Source of the DNA: Bryobacterales bacterium
Lineage (GTDB): Bacteria > Acidobacteriota > Terriglobia > Bryobacterales > UBA6623
Direction of reading: 5' to 3'
DNA: 64,000 nt
Assembly: GCA_963422375.2 (NCBI GenBank)
Contig: OY729427.2
Span: forward strand, 1,312,001-1,376,000
The notes beneath the pieces are model-generated. The model saw only the letters and a list, made by a program, of their open reading frames with translations, was not told where the DNA came from and ran no database searches. Every line of letters begins with the position of its first letter. The first letter of the stretch is position 1. Below are positions 21,106-31,500 of this stretch, one piece after another. The position numbers were made by a program, and so were the translations under genes.

Positions 21106-21923
21106 GGCGTGGACGACCGCGCGCGGCACTATGTTCCGCGAGGCGCGCCGACGGCGGACCTCCCCGACGACCGGCACCGTCCTGCGCAAGTCGTGCCTGC
21201 CGCTCCGCGGCTGGTGCCTCGCGATGCGCCTAGCCTGCACGCGGAAGACCGGGCTGAGCCCGGCGGGCTTGCAGCGCGAGCTCGGGCCGGACAGTCACCG
21301 CACGGCTTGGCTCTTGCCACGGAGGCTTCGCTCGGCGATGGTGAGGCTGGGCCGCGAACGCATGCAAGGGGTGATCAAAGTTGACGAGGCGTGTGCTCGA
21401 GGCGCGGACAAGGGCATGTAGGGGCGGGAACCGGCCGAAGGGTGCTCGGTTGCGGTTTTCGCGTAGCTGGAGGGACATGTTGCGGGGCGAATCCGCATCC
21501 GGCACGTGCCGGATGCCTTGCGGACGAGCCTGGCCGGTCTCATAGCGGGCTGCGTCGAGCCGGGCAGCCTCGTGCATACGGACGGGTGGAACGGCTACAG
21601 TAGCCTCGAGCGACGCGGGACCCGGCACCGGGTGACCGTCACGCACGGCAGCGGGGAGGTTGCGGGCACGGCGTTTCGGCATGTCCACTGGGGCATGTCG
21701 CTGCTGCAGCGCTGGCTGCTGGCCACACTTGAGGGCAAGGTCGGCGCGAAGCACTTGCAACTCTATCTCGACGAGTACGCGTCCCGCTTCAACCGTCGTC
21801 GGTCGCGGCACGTGGGCAAGTTCTCTTGCCGGCTCTTGGAGCAACTGGTCTTGCAGCAAGCGGCTACGTACAGAGAGCTAATCGACAGACCGGAGCATCC
21901 CAACTACAACGAAATGCATAACC
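21106..21923 (+). mobile_element. IS1595-family (ISSod11-like) transposase remnant
   Basis: KTGLSPAGLQRELG..TAW, IKVDEA, VHTDGWNGY, KHLQLYLDEYASRFNRR; internal stop/frameshifts. Confidence 0.8.
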
Positions 21924-21935
21924 AAATTCCAACGC

Positions 21936-22600
21936 CCATTCAACTCCGAAGTGCGACACGCGCCGAGCCACAAGATGGCAGGGAGGGGAGAGGGGGGACA
22001 GCGACCGGTGGTGTCGCGGCAGTAGGCTGGTAGGTGCTGGAAGGAGCAGGGAGGCGGATGCCGAAGAGCTACACGCACGTGACGAAGGAAGAGCGCTGCC
22101 GGAGCGAGACGCTGCGGGCCGCGGGCTGGGGAGCGGACAGGATCTCCGGGCAGCTGGGCCGCAACCGGGCCACGAGTTAGCCGGCGCACGGCGCAGCTGG
22201 TCGGGGCGGCGATGACGGCCATGCTCGCAGGGAGCGGGGCCGTGACGCACACGCTCACGGCCGACAACGGCAAGGAGTTCGCGGCAAGGAGTTCGCGGGG
22301 CACCGGGAGGTGGCGCAGCGGCTGGGGGCGGGCTTCTACTTCGCGCGGCCCTGCCACTCCTGCGAGCGCGGGCTGAACGAGCATGCCAACGGGCTGCCGC
22401 GGCAGTACTTCCCGCAGGGGACGGACCTGCGGCGGGTGGACCCGGCCCGGGTGCGGGAGGCGCGGGACCGCCTGAACCGGCGTCCGCGGAAGGTGCTGGG
22501 CGGGCGCACGCCGGAGGCAGTCTTCCTGGCGGAGCGGGAGCGGGTGCCGCGGGGACAGGGGCGCGGGGGAGCTGCGCCCGGACAGGCGCGGATTCGACTC
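21936..22600 (+). mobile_element. IS30-family remnant with internal deletion
   Basis: MPKSYTHVTKEERCR HTH start (22058), TLTADNGKEF, ERGLNEHANGLPRQYFPQGTD..LNRRPRKVLG; right boundary approximate. Confidence 0.8.
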
Positions 22601-22641
22601 TCCGGCCTCCGATCCGTCGATTTCAGGCGCTACCGTAGGGC

Positions 22642-23736
22642 ATGGATCCGTTCGCGCTCTTCCTGATCCTCCTCGTTGCGATTCTTCTTGCTCTGAACAT
22701 CGCAGCGCACGTGCGCTCGAGAGCGAAGGCAAGCAAGAGCGAAGGGCTGATCCGGCAGTCGCTAGTTCGCCTCGACGCCCGTCTCGACGAGCAGGGCCGC
22801 AGGCAGAGCGAGGAAGCCAGCGCGTTGCGGTCGGGAATCGACGGTCACCTGTCGCGCGGCTTCGAGCACGCCGAGCGGACCCGCGGCGACATCGTCACCC
22901 GGCTCGCCCTGATTGATCGTGCGCGGGAGAAGATCGCCGAGCTGACCTCGGAGGTCGTCTCCCTGCGCGAAATCCTAGCCGACCGGTCGGCTCGCGGGGC
23001 CTTCGGCGAAGTGCAGCTGCGCGCGCTCGTGGCCAACGTGCTACCGCCAAGCGGCTTCAGGATGCAACACGTCCTGTCTAACCGGCGGCGCGCCGACTGC
23101 ATGCTCTTCCTGCCCCCTCCGACGGGCAGCATCGCGATCGACTCCAAGTTCCCTCTGAGCAACTACAAGCGCAGGCTCGACACCGCCCTGCCGCAGTCGG
23201 AGCGCGAGCGCGCCGGCAAGGATTTCGCCCGGGACGTGCGCAAGCACGTCGACGCCGTCGCAAGCAAGTACATCGTGCCCGGCGAGACGTGCGACTCCGC
23301 CGTGCTGTTCATTCCCGCCGAGTCCGTCTTCGCGGAGATCCATGCCGCTCACCCCGAACTGGTCGAATACGCGCAGCGGAAAAACGTTTGGCTGACCTCG
23401 CCCACCACGCTGTGGGCCGTGCTCACGACCGCGCGTTCCGTGCTGAAGGACGCGGCCGCCCGGCGCGAGGCGCATGCCATCCAAGGGCACCTGCGCTCGC
23501 TCGGCCGAGACTTCCAGCAGTTCGAGGAACACATGGGGAAGCTGGCCAGGCACGTCCGGCTGGCCGCCGAGGACGTGCAGCGAGCGCAGGCGGCGGCCCG
23601 CGACATCACCGGGCGCTTCCGCGAGATCGACCAGCTCGACCTAGGGCCTGCCTCCGAACTCCCGGAAGCCTGCGGGGACGAGCAGGAGACGCGCTCCGCG
23701 AGCGACGGGCCGCGCCAGCCTCAGCCGCCGACGTAG
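22642..23736 (+). CDS. rmuC: DNA recombination protein RmuC
   Basis: RGAFGEVQL, IAIDSKFPL, LFIPAESVF, SPTTLWAVL. Confidence 0.92.
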   Translation: MDPFALFLILLVAILLALNIAAHVRSRAKASKSEGLIRQSLVRLDARLDEQGRRQSEEASALRSGIDGHLSRGFEHAERTRGDIVTRLALIDRAREKIAELTSEVVSLREILADRSARGAFGEVQLRALVANVLPPSGFRMQHVLSNRRRADCMLFLPPPTGSIAIDSKFPLSNYKRRLDTALPQSERERAGKDFARDVRKHVDAVASKYIVPGETCDSAVLFIPAESVFAEIHAAHPELVEYAQRKNVWLTSPTTLWAVLTTARSVLKDAAARREAHAIQGHLRSLGRDFQQFEEHMGKLARHVRLAAEDVQRAQAAARDITGRFREIDQLDLGPASELPEACGDEQETRSASDGPRQPQPPT

Positions 23737-24737
23737 CGTGCGTGCAGGCTCCGCGCAAGGCCCACGTCCTGGGTGCCCTTCACGATGGACCGGCCGTCCG
23801 CGAATACCGTGAGCTCGTGCGGAGGAACCAGGAACCGCACCGCGTGCTCGGATGCCCGCACTTCGCCAAGCGACGCGAGCGACGCGGCCAGCACGGCCAA
23901 GTCGATCGCCTTGCCGCGGCCCGGCACCTGCACCGCGTCCCGCCCGCAAAGCCGGGCCGACCGGGGCGGCGCGGCATCCAGATGCGGGAACTCACGCCGA
24001 CCGCATGTCGGGCAGGCGGGATCCGGCTTGCCGGAGCGCACCGACGAGCGCACCCCGCTCCAGACATCGTGCGAGACCAAGCGGGCATGCACCGCTTCAG
24101 CCCGCCCGGCCAGGATCTTGAGGGCCTCGGCCGCCTGCAGCGAGCCGACAAGCGAGGTAACCGCGTTGAGCACTCCGGCCGTCTCGCACGTCGGCTGGGG
24201 GGATGCGGGCGCGGACGGGAACATGCACGAGAGGCAGCTAGTCCGCCCGGGCAGCACCGGCATGACGCAGCCCGCCGTGCCCACCGCGGCCCCGTATACC
24301 CACGGTATCGAGCGCTTCACTGCAAGATCATTGACGAGATAGCGCGCCTCGAAATTGTCGGTGCCGTCGAGAATTACGTCAGCATGCGCCAGCAGACGCT
24401 CCGCGTTACCGGCGGTGAGGTCCGCCATGATCGGGACCACCCTCACGCTGGAATTGGCCCTGCGCAAGTGCCGGGCGGCCGCCACGGCCTTGGGCGTGCC
24501 CACCTCCGCGTCGCGCTCCTCGAACAGGACCTGCCGCTGGAGATTACTCTCCTCGACATAATCCCGGTCGATCAGCACGGTCTCGCCCACGCCCGCTCGC
24601 ACCAAGAGCGCGGCCTGGACCGTACCCAAGGCCCCGCAACCCACGACGGCCGCGCGCGAATCCGCGAGCCGGCGCTGGCCGCGATCGCCGATCCAGGGGA
24701 GCCGCCTCTGCCGCGAGTACCGGTCGGGAACGTCCAT
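23721..24737 (-). CDS. ThiF/MoeB family adenylyltransferase
   Basis: RYSRQ, VGCGALG, DRDYVEESNLQRQ, DGTDNFEAR, CxxC pairs. Confidence 0.92.
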   Translation of the reverse strand: MDVPDRYSRQRRLPWIGDRGQRRLADSRAAVVGCGALGTVQAALLVRAGVGETVLIDRDYVEESNLQRQVLFEERDAEVGTPKAVAAARHLRRANSSVRVVPIMADLTAGNAERLLAHADVILDGTDNFEARYLVNDLAVKRSIPWVYGAAVGTAGCVMPVLPGRTSCLSCMFPSAPASPQPTCETAGVLNAVTSLVGSLQAAEALKILAGRAEAVHARLVSHDVWSGVRSSVRSGKPDPACPTCGRREFPHLDAAPPRSARLCGRDAVQVPGRGKAIDLAVLAASLASLGEVRASEHAVRFLVPPHELTVFADGRSIVKGTQDVGLARSLHARYVGG

Positions 24738-24857
24738 TCCGGGGCAGGGCCTATCCTGCGGGCCGCGCCGGCACCCGACCGGCGGAGCCTGCATTTCCGA
24801 CGCGCTCGCAAGCCGGCGGCGACCCGCCGGACACGATAATCTAATTCTATTCGTTCG

Positions 24858-27824
24858 TTGCATCGCCTCCGGCCGACCGTCCTGTCCCTCGGAATCCTCG
24901 CTGCGGTCCCGTGCCTCGGCTTGGATTTCTCGGAAACGCCCGTCGCGGAGATTCGCTTCGACCCGCCCCTGCCGCCCGGCGTCCGGAGCGCGGCGGAACG
25001 GGCCCTGCGGGTCAAGGTCGGCCAGCCGTTCGAGGCCGCCACGGTGCGCGACTCGATCCGCGCGCTGTTCCGCACCGGTCGATTCGAGGATGTCCAGGCG
25101 GACGCCGCAGCGACCGAGGGCGGCGTGCGCTTGGCGTTCCTGACCAAGCCCGCTTGGTTCGTCGGCAACGTCCGCGTACTTGGCGTGCCCCGCCCGCCGT
25201 CCGAGGGCCAGCTCGCCAACGCGTCGAAGCTGCGCCTAGGGGAGCTGCTGACCGAAGAAAGGCTCGGGCAGGCCGTTCGCTCCGTGCGGGCCCTGCTTGC
25301 CGAGCACGGCTACCGGCAGCCAACTATCACACGCGCCGTCCAGCGGGACCCCGCGACCCAAGTGGCCCACGTCGAGCTCAGGGTATCCAGCGGGCCCCGC
25401 GCGCGAATCGGAGCGCTGCTGATCACGGGAGACGAGCATCTGCTGAGCGAGCAAGAAGCCCGCGACATCGCGGCCTGGCCGCGCGGCGCGGCGTTCCGGA
25501 GAGACCGCATCCAGCGCGGCATCAGCCGCCTGCGACAGCACTTTCGCGACCGGGACTACCTGCGGGCCTTGGTACGGGTCGAAGTCGCGGAATTCCGGCC
25601 GCGAGCCAGCGAGCTGACTCTCGTGGCCGATATCCGGCGCGGCCCTAAGACCCTCGTTCGCGTCGAGGGCGCGCAGGGGCCCATTCACGGGCTGCAAGGC
25701 GTCCTGCCGATCCTCGCCCGAGGACGCATCGACGAGGACCTGCTGTCCGCCGGCGACGAGAACCTAAGGAGCTACTTCCAAGCGCGCGGCTATTTCGGCG
25801 CGACGGTCGGCCACGAAGTGGAGCGCGAGTCCGCAGGCGAAATCTCGATCGTGTACCGGGTCCAGCTCGGCCCGCACCAGTACTTGCGGGCGATCGAGGT
25901 GCATGGCAACCGCTTCTTCGACCAAGGCACCATCCGCGAGCGACTGCAGATGAGAGCGAGCGGACCGGGCTCGAAGCACGGCCGCTACAGCGAGGAGCTG
26001 CTGGCCCGGGACCTCGCGGCCATCCGCCAGCTCTACTCCTCGAACGGGTTTCGCGCCGCTCGGGTCACCGGCCAGCTGCTGGAAGACTACGGCGGCAGCC
26101 CGCGGGAGATCGCCGTTCGGATCAGTATCGACGAAGGCACGGCGACCATCGTCGGAGGCCTCGTGACCGAGGGATTCTCGCGCTTCCCAGCTGACGAGGC
26201 CACCTTCGAGTTCGCGTCGGCCCCCGGCCAGCCGTTCAGCGAGGCCCATATCGCGACGGACCGCCGGCGGGTCCTTGCGCGGTACTTCACCGAGGGCTTC
26301 CGGGACGTGCGCTTCGACTGGCAGGCCGAGGAGGGGCCTGTGCCTGGCGCGGTGGTCCTGCACTACCGGATCGAGCACGGCGACCCGGTGCGCACCGGGG
26401 AGGTCTTCGTCTCCGGATCGCGCAGAACCAAGGAGGACGTGCTCGCGCGACGGCTAGCGGTGGCCGGCGGCGAGCCCCTCTCGCAGGCGGACATGTTCGC
26501 CACCCAGCGCAACCTCTACGATCTGGGCGTCTTCTCCAAGGTGGAGGTGGCCGTCCAGAACCCGGCCGGATCCGAGGGCGCCAAGAACGTCCTGGTGCAG
26601 CTGGAGGAAGCGCGCCGCTGGGCGCTCGACGTAGGCGGCGGGGCCGAGTTCGCCCGCCTCGGCCGCAACACGGCCGAGCTCACCAATCCGGCGGGCGATG
26701 CGACGCTTAGCCCGCGCGTGACGCTCGAGATGACGCGCCTGAACGTCCGCGGCAAGGCCCACAGCATGAACTTCCGCACCCGGATGTCCCTGCTGCAGCA
26801 GCGCGGCCTGTTCACCTACGAGGCGCCGCGCTTCTTCGACTCGGACCGCTGGCGCATGATGATCAGCGGGCTGTACGACACCTTCCGCAACGTCAACACA
26901 TTTCGCGGCCGCAGGCTCGAGGGCGCGTTCCAGCTCTCGCAGCAACTCACGCCCCGGACGACGGTCCTGTACCGCTACGCCTACCGGAGGACCTCGGTCG
27001 ACCAAGCTACCCTCAACATCGAGCCCCTTCTGGTGCCGCTGATCTCCCAGCCCGTGCGCGCCGGCCTGCTGTCCGGAACGTACATCTCGGACCGCCGCGA
27101 CGACCCCACGGACACCACGAAGGGCGTCTACAACACCGTCAACATCGCGCTGGCGTCCAAGTTCTGGGGCTCGCAGCCCAACTTCGCCCGCCTGCTCGCG
27201 CAAAACAGCACCTACCACCGCCTCAAGGCGCGAGTGGTCCTAGCCCGCACGGTGCAGGTCGGTGTCAGCGTGCCGTGGGCCGGTCACGGCGTGGCCGGTG
27301 CCGCCCGGGCCCAGTTCGTCGGACGGCCCGACCCGCGCATCCCCATCTCCGAGCGCTACTTCGGCGGCGGGGCGAACTCGCATCGGGGATTCGCCTACAA
27401 TCAAGCGGGGCCGCGCGACCCCGCGACCGGGTTCCCGCTGGGCGGCGGCTCCCAGTTCCTGAACAGCTTCGAGCTACGCTTCCCCTTGATCGGCAGCGAC
27501 ATCTCCGGCGTGGTCTTCCACGACGCAGGCAACGTCTACTCCCGGCCCAGCCGGATCAGCTTCCGCTCCAAGCAGCAGTTGCGCGTCGGCGCCGACGGCG
27601 CGACCGACTTCGATTTCGACTACATGGTGCACGCGCTGGGTCTGGGCATCCGCTACCGCACCCCCGTCGGGCCCGTCCGCTTCGACCTAGCCTACGCCGC
27701 CAATCCTCCGCGCTTCGTGGGCTTCGACGGCACCCGCGCGCAGCTGCTGAACGGCACGGGCACGTTCCGCGACCAGCGAATCCCCTCGCTGCAGTTCCAC
27801 TTCTCGCTCGGGCAGACGTTCTAG
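24858..27824 (+). CDS. Omp85 family (BamA/TamA-like) outer membrane protein with POTRA domains
   Basis: POTRA repeats, ERYFGGGANSHRGF, GIRYRTPVGPVRFDLA, terminal SLGQTF. Confidence 0.9.
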   Translation: MHRLRPTVLSLGILAAVPCLGLDFSETPVAEIRFDPPLPPGVRSAAERALRVKVGQPFEAATVRDSIRALFRTGRFEDVQADAAATEGGVRLAFLTKPAWFVGNVRVLGVPRPPSEGQLANASKLRLGELLTEERLGQAVRSVRALLAEHGYRQPTITRAVQRDPATQVAHVELRVSSGPRARIGALLITGDEHLLSEQEARDIAAWPRGAAFRRDRIQRGISRLRQHFRDRDYLRALVRVEVAEFRPRASELTLVADIRRGPKTLVRVEGAQGPIHGLQGVLPILARGRIDEDLLSAGDENLRSYFQARGYFGATVGHEVERESAGEISIVYRVQLGPHQYLRAIEVHGNRFFDQGTIRERLQMRASGPGSKHGRYSEELLARDLAAIRQLYSSNGFRAARVTGQLLEDYGGSPREIAVRISIDEGTATIVGGLVTEGFSRFPADEATFEFASAPGQPFSEAHIATDRRRVLARYFTEGFRDVRFDWQAEEGPVPGAVVLHYRIEHGDPVRTGEVFVSGSRRTKEDVLARRLAVAGGEPLSQADMFATQRNLYDLGVFSKVEVAVQNPAGSEGAKNVLVQLEEARRWALDVGGGAEFARLGRNTAELTNPAGDATLSPRVTLEMTRLNVRGKAHSMNFRTRMSLLQQRGLFTYEAPRFFDSDRWRMMISGLYDTFRNVNTFRGRRLEGAFQLSQQLTPRTTVLYRYAYRRTSVDQATLNIEPLLVPLISQPVRAGLLSGTYISDRRDDPTDTTKGVYNTVNIALASKFWGSQPNFARLLAQNSTYHRLKARVVLARTVQVGVSVPWAGHGVAGAARAQFVGRPDPRIPISERYFGGGANSHRGFAYNQAGPRDPATGFPLGGGSQFLNSFELRFPLIGSDISGVVFHDAGNVYSRPSRISFRSKQQLRVGADGATDFDFDYMVHALGLGIRYRTPVGPVRFDLAYAANPPRFVGFDGTRAQLLNGTGTFRDQRIPSLQFHFSLGQTF

Positions 27825-27826
27825 GC

Positions 27827-28510
27827 GTGCGCGTCCCGGCGGTCACCGCTTGCCCGGTCGTCGCGATGGCACTGGCGCACTTGCTGGCCGCCCCCGGCCC
27901 GCGGGCCGAGGTCGTGGATCGCGTGGCTGCCGTGGTCGGCCGCGACGCTGTGGCGCTCTCGGAGATCGACTTGCAGCTGCGGCTCGAAGCCATGCTGAAC
28001 ATGGCCGAGTACGCGGGGCTGGAACGCGGAGCCCGGGACGCGCTACAGCGGCTGATCGACAGGAGGCTGATTCTCCAAGACATAGCGCCGGCGCCGTTCC
28101 TGATGCCGGACGCGGACGAAGTCAGCCGCCACCTCCGCCAGATCGCGCAGCAGCGCTACCTAGGCGGGCGGGACTTCAGCGCCGCCTTGGAGCACTACGA
28201 CTTGGCGGAATCCGATCTGAGATCCTTCCTGCGGGACCGCCTGGCGCTCGAGCGGTACGTTTCGTTCCGCTTCAAGACGGGGCTGGATGCCGCGCCGCAG
28301 GACATCGAGGCGTATTATCGTGAAGAGTACGCCCGTCGGCAGCGCGCACGGGGTGAGGCCGTCGCTCCCTTGGAGGCGGTATCGGGCGCGATCAGCCGGA
28401 TGCTGGTCGAGCGCCGTGCGGACGAGCTGCTCGAGAATCGCCTGAAGGAGCTCAGGGCGGTCGTCCGGATCGAGACCAGACTGCCGGACGGGTGGGAGCG
28501 CGATCCGTGA
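27827..28510 (+). CDS. SurA N-terminal-domain-like periplasmic chaperone
   Basis: AEVVDRVAAVVGRDAVALSEID..LQRLIDRRLILQ..LKELR; GTG start just after upstream stop. Confidence 0.75.
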   Translation: MRVPAVTACPVVAMALAHLLAAPGPRAEVVDRVAAVVGRDAVALSEIDLQLRLEAMLNMAEYAGLERGARDALQRLIDRRLILQDIAPAPFLMPDADEVSRHLRQIAQQRYLGGRDFSAALEHYDLAESDLRSFLRDRLALERYVSFRFKTGLDAAPQDIEAYYREEYARRQRARGEAVAPLEAVSGAISRMLVERRADELLENRLKELRAVVRIETRLPDGWERDP

Positions 28511-31500
28511 CAAACAGGCTTCCGGGCGCGAGGCGAGCGCGTCTCGCCTTGGTCCTGCTCGCTCTAGCCGGGCTGGGCTGGGGCGGCTTCGAGGCCTTGC
28601 TTCACACCGACTGGCTCCTCGAACGCGTGCGGGCGGCCTTGGTGCGGGAGCTCTCGCTGGCCACGGGCGGCAGCGTGTGCCTCGCCGCGCTGCAATTCGG
28701 GGACAGCCGGCTCTCGATCGAGATCGAGGGGCTTCAGATCGAGGGCCTCGGCCCGGCCGGGTCGCCCCCGCTGCTCACCGTCCCGCGGGCTACGGCCATT
28801 GTCGGGTGGCGAACCCTCCTAGGGGGCGGAGCGTACTTGGAAGAGCTGCGGATCCACGGTCCCGTCGTCCGAGCGGCTTTCGGCGAGGCCGGCGACTCGA
28901 ACCTGCCGAGACCGTCCGGGCCGGGACAGCCCGGCGTGATCGCGATTCGGCGGCTCGAGGTCCTCGGCGGACAGGTCGTCTGGAACGGTCGGCCCTACGG
29001 CATGGCGCTCAGCGGATCCGGACTCGAGATCGTCGCGACGCTGGACGAGAGCGCTCGCGCCTACCGGGTCGACGCGAGGATCTCGGACGCCCAGTGGAGC
29101 GGCGAAGGCCTGCGGCCGCTGCAGGGGGCGACAGGCTCGCTCCGGGCGGTCGCGGACAGCCAAGGCGTCGAGATCCAAGAGGCCAGCTTGCGGGGCAGCG
29201 AATTCTCGCTGGAGGCCTCGGGAAGGCTGCGCAACCTGCAATCACCCCGATTCGAGGGCCGCTGGAGGGCCGCTGCAGTGCTCCCCGCCCTAGCCGCGCT
29301 GTGGCACCTCGAAGCCCCCGGCCTGGCCGGGCTTGCCCGCTTGGAGGGCGACCTGGAATGGGATCTAACGGCCGGACAGGCCAGCTACCGGGCCAAGGCC
29401 GCGGCCACCGGGATCGAGGTCGCGGGACTGGACTTGCAGGCCGATCTCGAAGCGGACCTGACGGGCGACTCGGAGGGCGTCGAGCTGACCGGCATCAGCG
29501 GAAGCGCCTTGGGCGGCTTGGTCGCGGGCCGGGCGCGGCTCCGCGGGCCCTGGGACGCCCCCTCGCTCGAAGCGACGGCAACCTCGACCGGCGTTTCGTT
29601 GCGCGACCTGGCACACCTGGCAGGCATCGAGGCGATCCCCTGGGGAGGGACCCTCGACACCCGGGCCGAAGTCGCCGGCTCGCTCTCGCAGGGCCTGGCG
29701 GTCGACCTCGGCTTCTCCATCCATCCGGCGGCTGCGCCTGCGCGACTGCCCTTGGCGGGCGGCGGCTCCCTGAGATTCCTGACGCACGACGGCAGCGTGT
29801 CCGTCTCCGGCGTGAAGCTGACCGCTCGCGACGCGTCGCTCGCCGTGGCCGGCACCGTCGACGCCGAGCTGCGGGCGCACCTCGAGGTCGTGGCCTCGAT
29901 GGATTCGAGACAAGCCGTCGAGACGATCCTCGGCAGCGTCCGGCCCACGGCCGCGCTGCCGGTCGCACTACCCGACGCACGGTATTCGTTCCGCGGCACG
30001 CTGCGCGGCGGGCTCTCAGGCGCAACGGACGCCGTGCTGGAGGGCGACGTATCCGCAGAGGACATCCTGCTCGGCGGCGAGAGCTGGGAGCGGTTCTCGA
30101 TGCGGGGCTCGCTGTCGCCCGCGGGGCTCGAAATCCTCGACGGGCGGCTGACAGACAGCGGCGGCTGGATCAGCGTGCGGGGCACGCTCCCCTTCGACAC
30201 CGACCGCGAGATGGACCTCGCCGTCTCGGCTCGGAGCGTCGAGTCCGCCAAGCTCGCACGATCGGCCGGCTTCGATCTCCCGGTCTCCGGCGCGTCCGCC
30301 ATCGAGGCCCAGATGTCGGGCTCCCTTGCCCGTCCAGTCGCCGCGGCCACGATCTCCGTGGAAGCCCCTCGCGTGCTCGGCGAGAGCCTGGACATGCTCG
30401 AAGCGGAGCTGCAATACGCCGCGGGCAAGCTGCAGCTGGCCCAAGCGGCTTTCCGGCGCGGCGAGTCCGTGCTGCGGGCGACGGGCTCGATCGCGCGCGA
30501 GAGCAGGGAGTTCGAGCTCGACATCGCCAGCAACTTCTGGACTCTCGACAAGTTCGCCTGGCCGGGAAGCCGCGTGCCGGGCGTCGCGGGGAACCTGCAG
30601 TTCGAGGTTGCTGCCGCCGGGCAGCTGGGCAGCGGGAACAGGCTGGACTCGCTCGAGATCGACGGCAGCTGGGAACTCTCGGAACTGCGACGGGGCGACC
30701 TGTCCCTAGGCCATTGGTCAGGCGTCGCGCGGTCCATGCGGGACCGTCCGAACGTCGACTTCGAGTGGAGCGCGAACACGCTCGGCGGCGTTGTCCGGGG
30801 AGATGCCTCCGTCTGGCCGGGCGAGCCGTCCGCCTACCGGGGCAAGCTGGACTTCTCGGACATCAGCATCCCCCGGGCGGCCGCGCTGGCGGACCTGCCC
30901 GTCTTCAAGAGCGAGGGCGTGCTGACGGGGAGGGCGGACTTCAGCGGCGAGGCCGGAGACATCGCCACGTTCGAGATGGACGGGATCATCGAGCGCGCCG
31001 AGCTGCGCCTGGCGGCGGCGGAGGGACCCGCGGTCCGGATCACCAACATCTTCCCCATGCACTGGGGCGTCAAGGAGGGAGCGCTGCGCTTCGACTCGAT
31101 GAACCTCGCCGGCCCGGACACGGACTTCGCGATCGACGGCTCGGTGGAATTCGGAGGGCAGCGGAATCTGGACGTGGGACTGGACGGAACGCTCAACCTA
31201 GCGCTGCTGAACGGATTCCTGCAGGGGGTAGCGGCCGACGGCGCCGCGCGCGTCCGCTTGCGGATGCTGGGGACGCTGGACAATCCCTCCCTGGAAGGTT
31301 CTGTGGCCTTCGTCGACGCCTCCGCCCGCGGGCTCGGCCTCCCGCTCCGGCTGACCGCAATCAACGGAAGCGTCAGCTTCGCGGACGGCCAGGGCCGGAT
31401 CGAGAGGCTGACCGCAGCGTCCGGAGGGGGCACTTTCCGGGTGGACGGGGTGGTCGCGTTGCGGGGCTCGCGCCTCGAGTACCGCTTCGACGCGACTGCC

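Noticed and set aside
22575..22615. tRNA 3' half (GGATTCGACTC)
   Set aside because: No cloverleaf or acceptor stem can be built; lies at the IS30 remnant boundary.
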